NCBI GenBank assembly: GCA_021613535.1
Contig: CP075496.1
Span: 10,044,001 to 10,108,000, forward strand
Direction: 5' to 3'
Length of the DNA stretch: 64,000 nt
Source: Adineta vaga
Taxonomy: Eukaryota; Animalia; Rotifera
Below are positions 10,349-22,715 of the stretch, one piece after another; position 1 is the stretch's first letter; each line of letters begins with the position of its first letter. The notes beneath the pieces were generated by a model, which had not been told where the DNA came from, searched no databases, and worked only from the letters and a program-made list of their open reading frames with translations. The position numbers and the translations under genes are program-made.

Positions 10349-13273
10349 ATGGCCACAAATACCTGTCAGATTGATCTTCAACTCGATGATAACATACGAC
10401 TCTGTCGTTTATGTCTGTGGACAAATTATGATGGATTTGGCTTTCAATTAAATGCTGCTTCTCCTCCACCACACTTTATATCGAGAATCGAATCCAATAG
10501 TCCCGCAGCAGCAAGTGGTCTCAAAGTACGTGATGTCATTCTTCATGTGAATAATCTAGACGTGACAGAAGCAGATTTCACGGCAGTGGAAACGGCTATA
10601 AAAGCATCCAAAAATATCAGCAATAGTGTAGACTTGTTGGTTATAAAGCAAAGCGTTTATAAACTTTCAAAGATGAAAAATATAATGTTAGATTGTATGC
10701 CAACTTCTACTATCATCACACCATCCACGATGCCTGCGAAGTTTCTTGGATTTTCAAGAAATACTCCTCGACTATGTCAGATGCGTTTAGGAAGCAATGA
10801 TTCAACATTTGGTATTGGAGTTGCTGATGGAGAAAACCATGTTGGCGCATATATTCGAACAATTTATGCAAATTCATTAGCTAGTCATACTGAATTACGT
10901 GAAAGCGATCGAATAATCGAAATCAATGGTCGGAATGTAGACAACGATTCAAGTGAATATATTGGGCAGAAATTGGAAAAAGCGAAAAACAAGGGTAAAT
11001 TAAAATTATTCGTTGCTGATGTCCAAACATATGAATATTATATGAAGAATAAGATGAAATTCAAAAGCAAAGATTATTCAACGAATCGAACAGCATTTCG
11101 AGTTGAAAGAAGTTTGCAGCAAAGTAAGAATTAAACTATATTTTTATTTCATCGTACAAATTTGTTGAACAAATTAAATCATGACGATATTTATTTTTAG
11201 ATACCCTTACAAAACATCACGTTACTGATCAGAAAACTACTCGTGAACCACCATCAACAGGCTATGTCACACAAGCTATTCAAAATAAGAGTGTTCGATC
11301 GACTCATCAAAGTGCACGTACCGATCAAATATCATTAAATGATTTTATAATCTCAGAGAACAGTAGACGTTCTACATCATATGATACTCCAAGTAACATC
11401 ATGTTTCAAAATATTACTGATTCTTTTTTGAGAAATGTCTCATACTTTCTTTACGACGCTTTATAGGTCTTAGTACGAGCTCATCGACTGATACTGTTAG
11501 TATCACGGCCAGCATTGTTAACGATAATGCTACTCAAAGATCGATTTCTATTGTTTCTGACTATTCTGATACGCTTTCATCTCGAAATACTAAGCATAGA
11601 GCAGTATGAAATATATCCCAAGAATTCTAAGAATTAATCTGTTATTTTATGTTCTCATTGTAGAGTTCTACTACGATCGAATTCCCATTTCGAAACATAC
11701 GTCCTTCATCAACAGTCAGATCAACTTCTTCACAAACTCACTACCGTACTACGCAAGATACATTCAAGTCAACTTCTAAACTTGCTACATCACGATACAG
11801 CTCAGTAGATAATATCAGAACAACAAGTCGTTCAACTTCATCAGCAGTAGTCTTACCAAAAATTAGTAAGTAATACACAATAATGCCATCAAGATGTGAT
11901 ATATAACGATTGCGATTTCTTGTTATAGAAGTAAATGTATGTAGTGGAACAATTCAAGTTTGCCAAGGAGATTTGACAGAAGAAAAGGTACGTTTGCTAG
12001 TTAATCAGGAACACATATTTCTGAATCGCTATGAAGACAAATACAGAATTTTAGGCGACTATTTAAAAATATTTCTAGTAGTTTCATGTTTTAAAAACTG
12101 TATTCTGATAGGTTGATGCAATTGTGGTTGCATCCACATCTGATCGTCTTACAGCTAATGTTCTTCGAAAGGCTGGGAAATCTGTTTCAGCAACATATGA
12201 ATCAGAAAAACAGAGAAAACCATCGAAAGCAATTTGTACTGCTGGTGGTCAATTGTCATGTGAAGAAATTTATTTTATTCCTTGTCCGAAAATGTCCAAA
12301 AATGCTGATAAATCGGTATTTAGAAATTTTATTGGTGATGCGATTGTTTTGGCAGATAACAATGAGGAAAACACGATTCAATCCATTGCATTTCCGGCTT
12401 TAGGTTGTGGACAATACGGTTGTAATCCTAGTTTTGTTGCTGAAACATTACTTATGGCAGTTGAATATGAATTGACACAAAGACCTTCTTGGAAATTAAA
12501 TGTTTGTTTTGTTGTACAACAACATCAACAGCATGTGTTCGATGCTTTTCAGAAGAAATTGACGGAATTAGAAACTAATCAATTGTCTGATGTAAAAAAT
12601 CGATTGTATATAAATGAAGATTACTTAACACTTAAATCATCAGAACCACATAGACGTCTTGTAGATCGGTCGAGTCTGGAATATACGGAAACTATTAATA
12701 AATTCTGGAATACTATGACTACAACATTATGTAAAGAAATTGTGAGTATTGAACTTATTTGGAATGAACGTTGGTACAAACAATATCAAATTCATCGAAA
12801 TGAATTTAGCCAAAGATTAAAGAATGATACAGAACAACAGTTGTTTCATGGATGTTCTGAAAAAGCGGCTAAAAATATTATAAAAGAATATTTCAATCGA
12901 AGTTATGCTGGAGTAAATGGTAAGTATGTTTCTTCAGATGTATTCAATGACATACTTTGACTATTAAAACTATACGATAGAGATATCGACTAGAAGAATA
13001 AATATTAATAAAAATCATTGTTTAGGTACACTTTATGGTCATGGTGTTTATTTTTCATCCAAAGCAAGTTATAGTCATAGTTATGCAAATCGAAATGCAA
13101 AGGGAGAACGATGTATGTTTTTGGCCCGAGTACTCATTGGTAAAACTACAATAGGCAATTCTTCTACAAAGATTTGTCCAATTGGCTATGATACTACAAC
13201 AGATGGATCTCATATATATGTCATTTATCATGATGCCCAATCCTTTGGTCAATATCTCATCACATACAAATAA
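10349..13273 (+). CDS. Tandem NHERF-like PDZ-PDZ + Ser/Thr/Arg linker + macro domain + PARP catalytic domain (mono-ART type), 7 exons
   Basis: Exons 10349-11123, 11201-11392, 11467-11603, 11664-11865, 11929-11987, 12112-12919 and 13026-13273 all join in phase. Motifs: YDGFGF/TFGIGV (PDZ), GDLTEEKVDAIV and SIAFPALGCGQYG (macro), LFHGC..FNRSYAG.NGTLYGHGVYFS..MFLARVL.G..YVIYHDAQ (PARP). Confidence 0.85.
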
Positions 13274-13469
13274 CTATTCATTTGATGAATTAAAGATCTA
13301 ACTAATGATTTCTTTTTATACTCGGATCTTGAATAAAAAGGTCTCACTGATAAAGTTTTTCTTACTATTTTTTCACAGTATAATCTTATCAAAAACCGAG
13401 TGTGCAAGAAGGAGAACAACACGCTTACTCTTTCTTTTTTTCTTCTTTTCATAATATCGTATATTTCAT

Positions 13470-14277
13470 ATGTCAAGATCAAACAATCACACACTTTCAC
13501 ATGATTTCAATCTTCGATGTTGTACTCTAGAAGATGAAGATGCTGCTGTTGCTGTATGTTTACATACAGGAGATTCAGGAAATGATGCTAGTTCGTTTTT
13601 CGATGATCCAAAACTATTAGGATATCGATATGTTTCACCATACATTCATTTATCACCTGATTTATCATTTGTTTTGGAAGATTCAGAGAGACATGTATGT
13701 GGATATGTATTAGCTGCACTCGATTCTGATCTCTTCTACACACAATATGTAAATGAATGGCTTTCAAAAATGAAACAACTTTATCCAATTATGCCAACTG
13801 GTTAGTAGAAGAAACAGTATGATTCTTTTTCTTTCTATTTAGTTTTTTAGATGAAGAAAAAGAGAAAGGGAAAAGAGATTGGCAAGTAATAGATGGTTTT
13901 CATCGTGATAATGTGGAATCATTCAAACGTTTTGAAGATTATCCATCACATCTTCATATTGATTTACTTCCGATAGCTCAAGGTTAATTAATACTGAACA
14001 TCTTTAGTACGTAACACGAATGATTTATATATAGGAAAAGGTTATGGCACAAAAATGATATGTCATATCGAAAATGCATTGAAACAACTTGGATCGAAAG
14101 GAGTTCATTTAGGTAGGCCGAATTCTATCGATTTACAGCGTCATATTGATAGATACACTTGTATGTTTAGAAATGGCACCTGATAATACAAGAGCATTTC
14201 ATTTCTATACAAAACTTGGTTTTTTTGTTCTTGCTAATGATCAAGATACACTCTGGTTAGGAAAAAAATTATGTTGA
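13470..14277 (+). CDS. GNAT acetyltransferase of the bacterial stand-alone / O-GlcNAcase HAT-like type, 4 exons
   Basis: Introns 13801-13850, 13983-14034 and 14113-14170. Motifs VCLHTGDSG.DA, Y..PY....P.LSFVLED, GYVLAALD, YPSHLHIDLLP.AQGKGYG, GVHL, N.RA..FY.KLGF. Confidence 0.88.
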
Positions 14278-14435
14278 TTTTCCTCTTGATCATATATTCG
14301 AATATTCGATTGCACTTTATATGAATAATTATCATTATTTTATTTGTATTTACAGAGAAAAGTATATATTAATACTAGTAATTTTTCAGACAGAAATTTC
14401 AGTTTCTAAGAATATATATATATTCCCAAATGATT

Positions 14436-14840
14436 TTATTGACTCTGGTAATTTTGCAAATTTTTTAGAATAATTTCATCGTTTTGTTGCAGCATTTTCT
14501 TCGGTGGATGACTCATAAAGTGTCCAAATGCATAATTTGAAAGAAATTGTCCAAAACGTTGATCAGGTACATGAGGCCAAAGTTCAGCAATATTCTTCAG
14601 AATATCTCTCTGCACTTGTGATAATTCAGAAGCAGTTGATGTTGCTTCTGCTCGTTTAATGGCTTCGTTTAAACGTTGTTCAGTTTGAGTATCTTCAGAG
14701 TAAAAAATATCGCCTCGTAATGCCATCCAATCTGTCCAAATCCATTTTTCTAGGAGACTTCCTAGCGTTAGTATTTGATCGTATGCCCACAAGTGAGTAA
14801 CAAGATCAATAATTCGTTGAATTCGTTGAAATTCTCTCAT
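14436..14840 (-). CDS. 134-aa intronless protein with two tandem YihD/DUF1040-like (bacterial/phage) modules
   Basis: Internal duplication: MR...RI.RII.L...LW....LTLG.LL...DIFY.ED and ..IL..IAELW...PDQRFGQFLSN.....NDEIILKNL. Confidence 0.65.
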   Translation of the reverse strand: MREFQRIQRIIDLVTHLWAYDQILTLGSLLEKWIWTDWMALRGDIFYSEDTQTEQRLNEAIKRAEATSTASELSQVQRDILKNIAELWPHVPDQRFGQFLSNYAFGHFMSHPPKKMLQQNDEIILKNLQNYQSQ

Positions 14841-15294
14841 TTTTCAATCTGCAATGTAAAATACGATTTCGACCCAGATCAAAAAGATTAAATAATACTT
14901 TGTCCTGACTGATTCACATGACAATGACGGTTAAATAAATACCACGTGAGAAGAGAAAGAAGAAAATGTTTTATATGATATTTATTTATTTCATCACGAG
15001 GAAAGGTAATGATGTAACAACCAATGAGCTTGAAGAATCGTATTGATGAAATTTATTTCGTCATAAAAATAAAGAACTTGTGATAGAGAACATCATTTTT
15101 CCTTATTTTTCTCTTCCTCAATAAAATTCGTCACTGACATGTTTCATCACTTATGTAAATCTGTCGTCATAATGAGAAATTTTATCTAAATATTTCAAAT
15201 ACATGTCAATAGAAGAAGTGTTTAGCAACAATGATCATTTTTTAATGAAAAAAAAAAGAAGTTTCATGTTTGATATATGAGTTCTACAGTTTAA

Positions 15295-18200
15295 TTATTC
15301 CACAATAACTTGGAAAGTTCGAATTTGCATTGGATTTAAATTCACTATTGTCGTCTTCAATGATTTAGAATCTAAAATATGTCAAAGCAAAACATTGTGA
15401 CCTTATAAAAAAAAGAATAAATCATGTACAAACCATTTGGTTTCCAGTAGGATGATTCATTTTTATCTGTTCTCCAAACAAGACGTTTCATGTCACTCAA
15501 TGGTAAATTTCCTGTTAAAGTTAATTCAATTAAATCTATAATTTTACCAAATAAATTAAATAAGATTTGTAAATCGATCTCTACTGGTTTCGAATAAAGT
15601 TCATCTTCATTCATTTCAAAATAATGTTCAACTCGAACAAGAAAGACTTTTGCTGATAATTGATCAAAAGTTAATAAATGAACGTTAACAGGTAATGACT
15701 GATTTAAACTTGACCATGTTTGACGATAGTTCTTGGAATAGTTCGTATAAGATTGATTTGATAAAGCAAATGTCATTAGTGGATTCATAAAAAGATGTTG
15801 ACTAGCAATACGATGATAAAGTGCACTATATTCTGGTGGTTCAACGATAAGAAGATGTTTACCATGAATAACAAGACCTTGACCATAAGCTGTTTCATTT
15901 AGAGGTTCACCTACACCTTGAGAATCATCGTACAACGTACGACGATGAAGCATAAGTTCAACTGAACCATCATGCATACTTGATCCACCTTGTGAACGAT
16001 CTACAATGAGAAAAAAAATACATTTTTTTAAAATTCTGATGCAAAATTTAGAAGAAAATCAATACCTGTAAGTATAGTCATTTGTCTTTTACTATCTTTA
16101 ATCCAAATACGACTAGCAACTGGATAATAATTACCACTAACACTTTCATAGACTGTATAATTATAAGATGATCGATAATCTCGTTTTCTTTCTAAGACTT
16201 GTCGTCCGTTAGCATCAGTGTAGAAAAGTCCATCACTTTGAATATTTGTATCGTAACGCATAATGATTTCTTTGCCTCTATTATCTTCGCTTGGTATTGG
16301 TCCAACAATCCATTCAATTTCAACAATTCGTCCCTCACCATAAATACTTATTTCTTGACTAGCCCAATTGTTATACATAATAGAAGCTCTTTGAACTTGA
16401 TTCGTATATGTGCATGTTCTAAAGGAAAAGAAAAGAAAAGAAATAAAATATTATTCGAATGAATTATGATATACTGACATATTTCGAGTACTGCTCACTG
16501 GTAATGCATTTGGTGTTAATGGACGAAAGAAATAAGCACCTGATGCTTGGAATTCTGGTGATGAATTATTTCCTGGAAAGCCTGAAAATGTTGAATCGAT
16601 TAAAGATTAGTTTTTAATAATCAATGAAATGTTATTACTTGTATACCAATATAAGCCTTGACTTGAAAATGGTACATCGAAATTTCTATCAAGATTTCTT
16701 ATTTTAATTAGATTTCCTTTTTCATCAACTTCAATTTGAAGATGCTATATTGAAAATAAAATGAATATTTTCAATGAATATGTCATTTGTTCATCAGACT
16801 TTATTTTGAAGTGAACACGATTGATTTTTTATTATTCTTATATTTGATTTGGTTTCTTCTGTCAATTTACCTATTTGTGGACAATAATTTCGAGATTGAA
16901 TTCATCAAAATATCATTACTTTTCGCTTGGAAATAATAAGTATTAAAACCAAGTGCTGGTAACGATGTTTCAAATAATAATTCAAATTCAGCTAAACTTG
17001 TTCGACCAGGAATATTTTTTACAGATGTAGAAATTGGAAGTATCTATAAGAACCAAATTTCCATCGTTTAAAGAAAAAAAAATTTGATTGATCTATGATA
17101 CATCAGTTGCAATTACTTCACCAGTTGGACTTCGAATGGTATAATTTTTCGTTACTGGAACACGAACAATATGTTGAACTGTTTGAATTGTTGGATTCCA
17201 GATAGTTAATGTGAACTTATTTTGAATGTTATTATAAAATAAATTTTTAAGAATAATTTTTACTTACATTATCTTGATTTTCAATTGGTAAACATTCACT
17301 AATATTTAAAAAGTGACAGAAAATTTGATTTGGTACTGGTAATGATTGATTTCCTTTTGATAGTAATTTCATATATGCTTGATTTACAACATACTGAAAT
17401 CCGAAAAACTCAAACATAATGTTCTAGAATGACAATATCAATATTCTTACCGTTGCGGAATCAATACCTTGTGCTAATCGTTGAGCATAATCATTAGCTA
17501 CATGTTGTTTTTCAGTTCCACTGATTGCATCATGATGTTGAACGATACCTATTGCTTCGCCTATTATTGATTTAAACACAAATACAAAATAGATTCATCT
17601 TGTACACTAGTTTTACTTAGAGGAAAAATGGCATGACGTTGAGTAAGATTGGAAAAGGCATTCAATTGTTTTGTAACTTGAAGAAAATTATTCGAATATC
17701 GTTCATATCGTTTTAAAGCTGGTCTAGAAGAAAAGTATCCAGTCCATAGCCCATGTGTACTCCATGAAATCGGAAAGAAATCATCTGTTTTTGTTGTCCA
17801 AGTTTTATTCGCTTGATTTAGTGCATATAAATAACATGTTGGAGTCGAATAGATTAGATTTACATCACTTCCATTTGCTTGCTAAATAGAAAGAAATAGT
17901 CTAAAACGTTCCTCATTCTTTAAAAATTACCTGAGCATTAACATATTTCATCAATTTTTCTAAATTCTTAAACCATTCATTCGAATTTTCATAATGAAAA
18001 TCACTGCCCATAGTAAACATTATATGATTCGTCGTATAACTACGTGCCTAAGAAAGATTTAGTTCATAAATAGATATGTTCTATACGGAATTCTAACTTG
18101 AATATGTGCTGCATCAATGAATGATTGAACTCTTTCTGGTACATTGTAATCGTGTAATTGTGGATCATCCTAGAAGCATTCAATGTTATAATAGAGTTCT

Positions 18201-19218
18201 AATAATTCGAGTAAGAATTTACTCGGATTGGTTCATCGTGACAACGATAATCAAAACAGAATGATTGTGGTGCTGTATATGTTCTTGGAATAACACCCGT
18301 AAAAAGCCAACTTGATTCTCCCAAATCTGAACTACCTTTCCAAATCATTTCCATTGTTTTTGATTGATTTCTTTGTGCATAATCTTGAGAATCAATTCTT
18401 CCAAAGAATAATCCATCGAAACCCATCTAGAAAAAGAAGAAGATGTTTTTTCTCAAATCAAAAACTAAATTCTTTTGTAATTAATTGAATAACCTGCGCA
18501 AAAAGCGACGCAACTTCTCGTGAATGCCCAAACGGATCAATTTGCCAACCAAGTTTTGGCCGACCACATTCACCAAATTGATCACGTAGAAATTCGGCAC
18601 CTAAACTATGTTGATCGATGATTGAATTATAATGTGTAACACCTTCATCATTCATCGACCATCCACCAGATATAAATTCCAGATGTCCTATTTGTATAAG
18701 AACGAATCGATTATTTTCTATCGAAGATCGTATAGTTCTTTACTTTCATTGACTAGTTGTCTGACTGTATTTTGCATTTCTTCGGTTTGTTGCATCCACC
18801 ATCGCCAAAAGAAAGCAATCTCAACGTATACAAAACGACGATCAGGATTCTCAACTAACGCTGGAATAACTGAATCGAGAATGTATTGTACTGCAGCATG
18901 TTGAATATCATTTCGAGCTGAAAACAAACAAATTTGCTTTTAGAATTGACTATAGAATATTCTTCAAACCGCCATAATAATATTGATCGACAGTTTTCAG
19001 CCAACCCACGTCGTTGTGAGTATGTGGAACGATATGCACATTTAATTTATTTGGATCACCTAAATTACAAACCTATGAATACATAAAAACTGGTATTTTT
19101 ATTTCTTTAATTCAATTGTATTGTTTACATTGTAATCGCAACCATCCGATGATCCCACTGGTATTCCAAAACATATAGAAATGCAGATAGTCAGTGCATA
19201 GTATATCAAGAAATACAT
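15295..19218 (-). CDS. MAN2B1: Lysosomal alpha-mannosidase (GH38), multi-exon
   Basis: Signal peptide, [30 protein letters not shown] nucleophile motif, [35 protein letters not shown], terminal LNPMQIRTF. Confidence 0.93.
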
Positions 19219-19878
19219 TGATAAATAGAATCCCTTGAAACTGAGAAGTTTCAAAAATGACAATGCATTAAATCTTAACAATATATATATATATGTTAGA
19301 TATGCTTTGCGTTTTTGATAAGTATAAAATTATAGATAATAAGAGTTTGATAACAAGCAAAATGGTGGTGGAGTGTACGATTGAGTAAATGATACTTTTA
19401 AGACTTACAGAAAAGAATTCATCATATCGATAAAATAATTCAACAAATTCATTTATTTTTGTTTAACTGTGAACATAATTAGTAGCAAATCAAAACGAAT
19501 ATTCTATATACATAAGAATTCATCTATGAAACTTGATCTGTTTCTTAATTGAATTCTGAAGCCTTACGTTCACAACTCTATTAACTTTCATTTTCTTCTT
19601 CATACTACTCTTAGAAGCTAATAAAGAGGTGTAACAACTAACATATAATACACAGGCAAATGTGTTGATTTGTATTTTATAACAATTAAGAAATAGGACA
19701 TATTTATATTTTTTTTCCTCGTCAACTTTACTTTCGAAATAGAAAATATCGATTGTTGGAAGTCGAGAAATAAAACATTCAATTATCCATCAGAATATAA
19801 ACATAAAAATCAAGAATAAAATAGATACAGTTAGCTTTTGTTGTGTTCATCAAACAATGTTCACATATTTACATTCCA

Positions 19879-20587
19879 ATGTCGATAAATCGAACGAAAC
19901 CTTCGAATAAATCCTTGGAATATTCAATAGAAAAGGTAAATTACGTAGAACGTATTTCAAATCTTCATGATCATAAATCTAGTGGTTTTAGTCAACTATC
20001 TTGTCGTTGTCCTTCTCCACTATGTATATTTTTATCGATTCTTCTTGGTCTTTGGTTATAGCTACAACTATCGTCGCAACAGTTATCAAACCGAGAACTT
20101 CATTGTTAGATACGTAAATTCTAAAATCTGGTGATCAGATTATTGCTGTATATAATGCGATAGTTAGTCAATCAACGGACGGTTTTTATGGTTTGTTTCT
20201 AAATCAAATGGGAAGAAACACTGAATGCAACAGATGGTTTAGTTATAACAAAATATATGAGTTTTGGAACAAATTCTAGTAGTTATACCAATTCAATAGC
20301 TAATGCCTTTCGTTTTGCTACAGGAAATGATGATTCATAATGCAGTCCAATTAACATCACATTAGAAGGATCGAAATCAACATCCATAGCAGCATTTCAT
20401 CTTAGTTCTTGTTGGACTCTTCTCTACAATGGCTCAACAGGTATTCGTCCAACTAGTGATCCTGGCCGAAAAACATACATTCCAATACAAAAATTTTCAT
20501 ATACTATCGCTTATGCTAGTTATTTCAAAACGGAAAACAAGCAGTGCCGTGCAATATTCTGAAGTACAGATTATAGGTTGCATTTAA
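19879..20587 (+). pseudogene. Degraded type II membrane protein with a discoidin/galactose-binding-like lineage-specific domain
   Basis: TM-like CIFLSILLGLWL followed by a stop. Fragments FRFATGND*..PINITLEGS..WTLLYNGSTGI..DPGR..AYASY and VQYSEVQIIG are broken by stops and frameshifts. Confidence 0.55.
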
Positions 20588-21402
20588 TTTGATTAAAGTT
20601 GATTGTTCCATATTGATGTATTCAATAATCTCTCAAATACTTTAATAAGTTTTCCTGTATTTTAATTCAAATAAAACATCAGAAGTTCTTGCAAAACAAT
20701 CACGTTTTTTTTCTTGTTAAATAGGTTTCTAGTCTAGAAACTTAACGTTCAATCATCGATTTCATATATGGAATGCAAATCTACAGAATTTTATTCAAAC
20801 AGTCAAATCCGACAATTCTCAATACAACGTTTTTGTAAGAAAGAAATGGCAACGTATAGACATTCACACACGAACACTATGAAGCATTAGAATAAATTAC
20901 GATATAAAATTCAGTTGTTTCCTCTTTTTATGAGAAGACGACATCATTAAGGAACGCTTTTATGTTTTATCTGTGTTTTTTTTAAAAGCATTTTTTATAA
21001 AAATAAAACGAATGACTTATGCCGTTATTAAAAGATTAAAGTATATTCTCTCATTTATCACGACCAACACAACGATAAGAAGAAGTATTCTCGTTATTCA
21101 TCCGAAGAGTAAAGTTTTTTTGTACGATCGATGAAAAGTATAGAACTACTACAATATCAATATTCATCAATTACATGTCAGCCTTTCTAATATTTTGAAA
21201 TCATTAATATTGTTAATAAGTAATATATAACTAGGTCACTTCAATCTTATAATTAAGTAAACTAAGAGCATATTATTAACACATGATTAACAATGTAAAA
21301 TAAATTGTTTTTTAACGTAATTTTTCTATATTTTATCTTCGTTATTAATGATAAATATATACGTTCACAGCATTCATAGTCTAATGAGAGAAAGTATTCA
21401 TA

Positions 21403-22473
21403 ATGGATAGAACGAATTCAACACCTACTACTGCTATCAATCCTACATTGTTGATCATACCTTTTCAAGTGAATATTTGGTTTGGTTTATTTATATTTAT
21501 TACTGGTAATATAAGTACAATTGGTAATTTTATTGTATTTACTTCTCGATTATTTCGGGCACGTGCTTATTCACTTTATTTAATAGCCGAAAGTATATGT
21601 TCACTTATATATTTTAATTATGTCCTAGTTACACGTATGATTCAAAAAGGTTATCAATTCCCAATTATTAATCGTTATGATCCTATTTGTAAAATACGCC
21701 AATTTCTTTCCATATATACTCATCAAGTTGCATTTACATTATTTGCATTAGCTACTATCGATCGAATTCTATCTACACATCGATCTATTGGTAAGTTATT
21801 CAATTTTGATTCTATTGATAATGTAATAGTTATTGTTCTCGTTTTAGTTTACCGACAATGGAGTAATCGTAGAACACTTGTTTATAAATTGATTCCTGCA
21901 GTTGTGATCATTTGGTTTGTATGTGTATCTCATCGATTGGTTTTGTATAGTAATATCAGTGGAAGTTGTGGCCCTCAACTGGGTATTTATGAAAAGTTCG
22001 ATAGCTATTTTGAAGTAATCATGTCTGGAATGGTGCCACCAATACTGTTAATACTACTTGGTTGTTTACTTTTACGAAATGTTCGTGATGTTGCTCGAAG
22101 ACGAATTGCACCTGCTGATGGTACTTTAACAACATCACAGTCGAACAATGCCAAGTTTTTATATATTCAACAAATTGATGCACAAATAGCAACAACATTA
22201 TTATTACAATCATTTGTCGCTATTCCTTCTTTTATACCTTTTGGTTTTCAAAATCTTTATACAAGTATTACTCGTAGTTGGTACAAATCACCCTTACAAT
22301 TAGCATATGAAGATATTATTATTGAAATTATACGTCTTCTTTCATATATATTCTATAGTACTAGCTTTTATATATCAGCTTGGTCAAGTCATGGTTTTCG
22401 TAAACAAGTTTGGGATTCATTGGGATTCGGACGAAAGAAACAAATAGTCAATCAAACAAATACATTCACTTAA
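21403..22473 (+). CDS. Orphan rhodopsin-like GPCR, one 57-nt stop-free in-frame intron (21791-21847)
   Basis: TGNIS..GN, ATIDRI, seven TM segments, SFYI....S.GFRK; GTAAGT...TTTTAG intron. Confidence 0.9.
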   Translation: MDRTNSTPTTAINPTLLIIPFQVNIWFGLFIFITGNISTIGNFIVFTSRLFRARAYSLYLIAESICSLIYFNYVLVTRMIQKGYQFPIINRYDPICKIRQFLSIYTHQVAFTLFALATIDRILSTHRSIGKLFNFDSIDNVIVIVLVLVYRQWSNRRTLVYKLIPAVVIIWFVCVSHRLVLYSNISGSCGPQLGIYEKFDSYFEVIMSGMVPPILLILLGCLLLRNVRDVARRRIAPADGTLTTSQSNNAKFLYIQQIDAQIATTLLLQSFVAIPSFIPFGFQNLYTSITRSWYKSPLQLAYEDIIIEIIRLLSYIFYSTSFYISAWSSHGFRKQVWDSLGFGRKKQIVNQTNTFT

Positions 22474-22715
22474 AAAACGTTCATAACTTTGCTGAACTTA
22501 ACATATAGCTGTGATTGTTTTGTCTTCAATCTATCAGTATTCGTATTTATTTCTAATCAAATTCTTCTATCATTTCTTTTTACTCAAATAAATACCTATC
22601 TCATATGAGAAAGTTATCAATTGTTTTAAGAATATTTTATTTCTTTTGTATCGTATTATGAATTTCTAAATTAAGACTGCGACAGTTTATGTGAGAAAGA
22701 TTTGTAGTCGATTTG

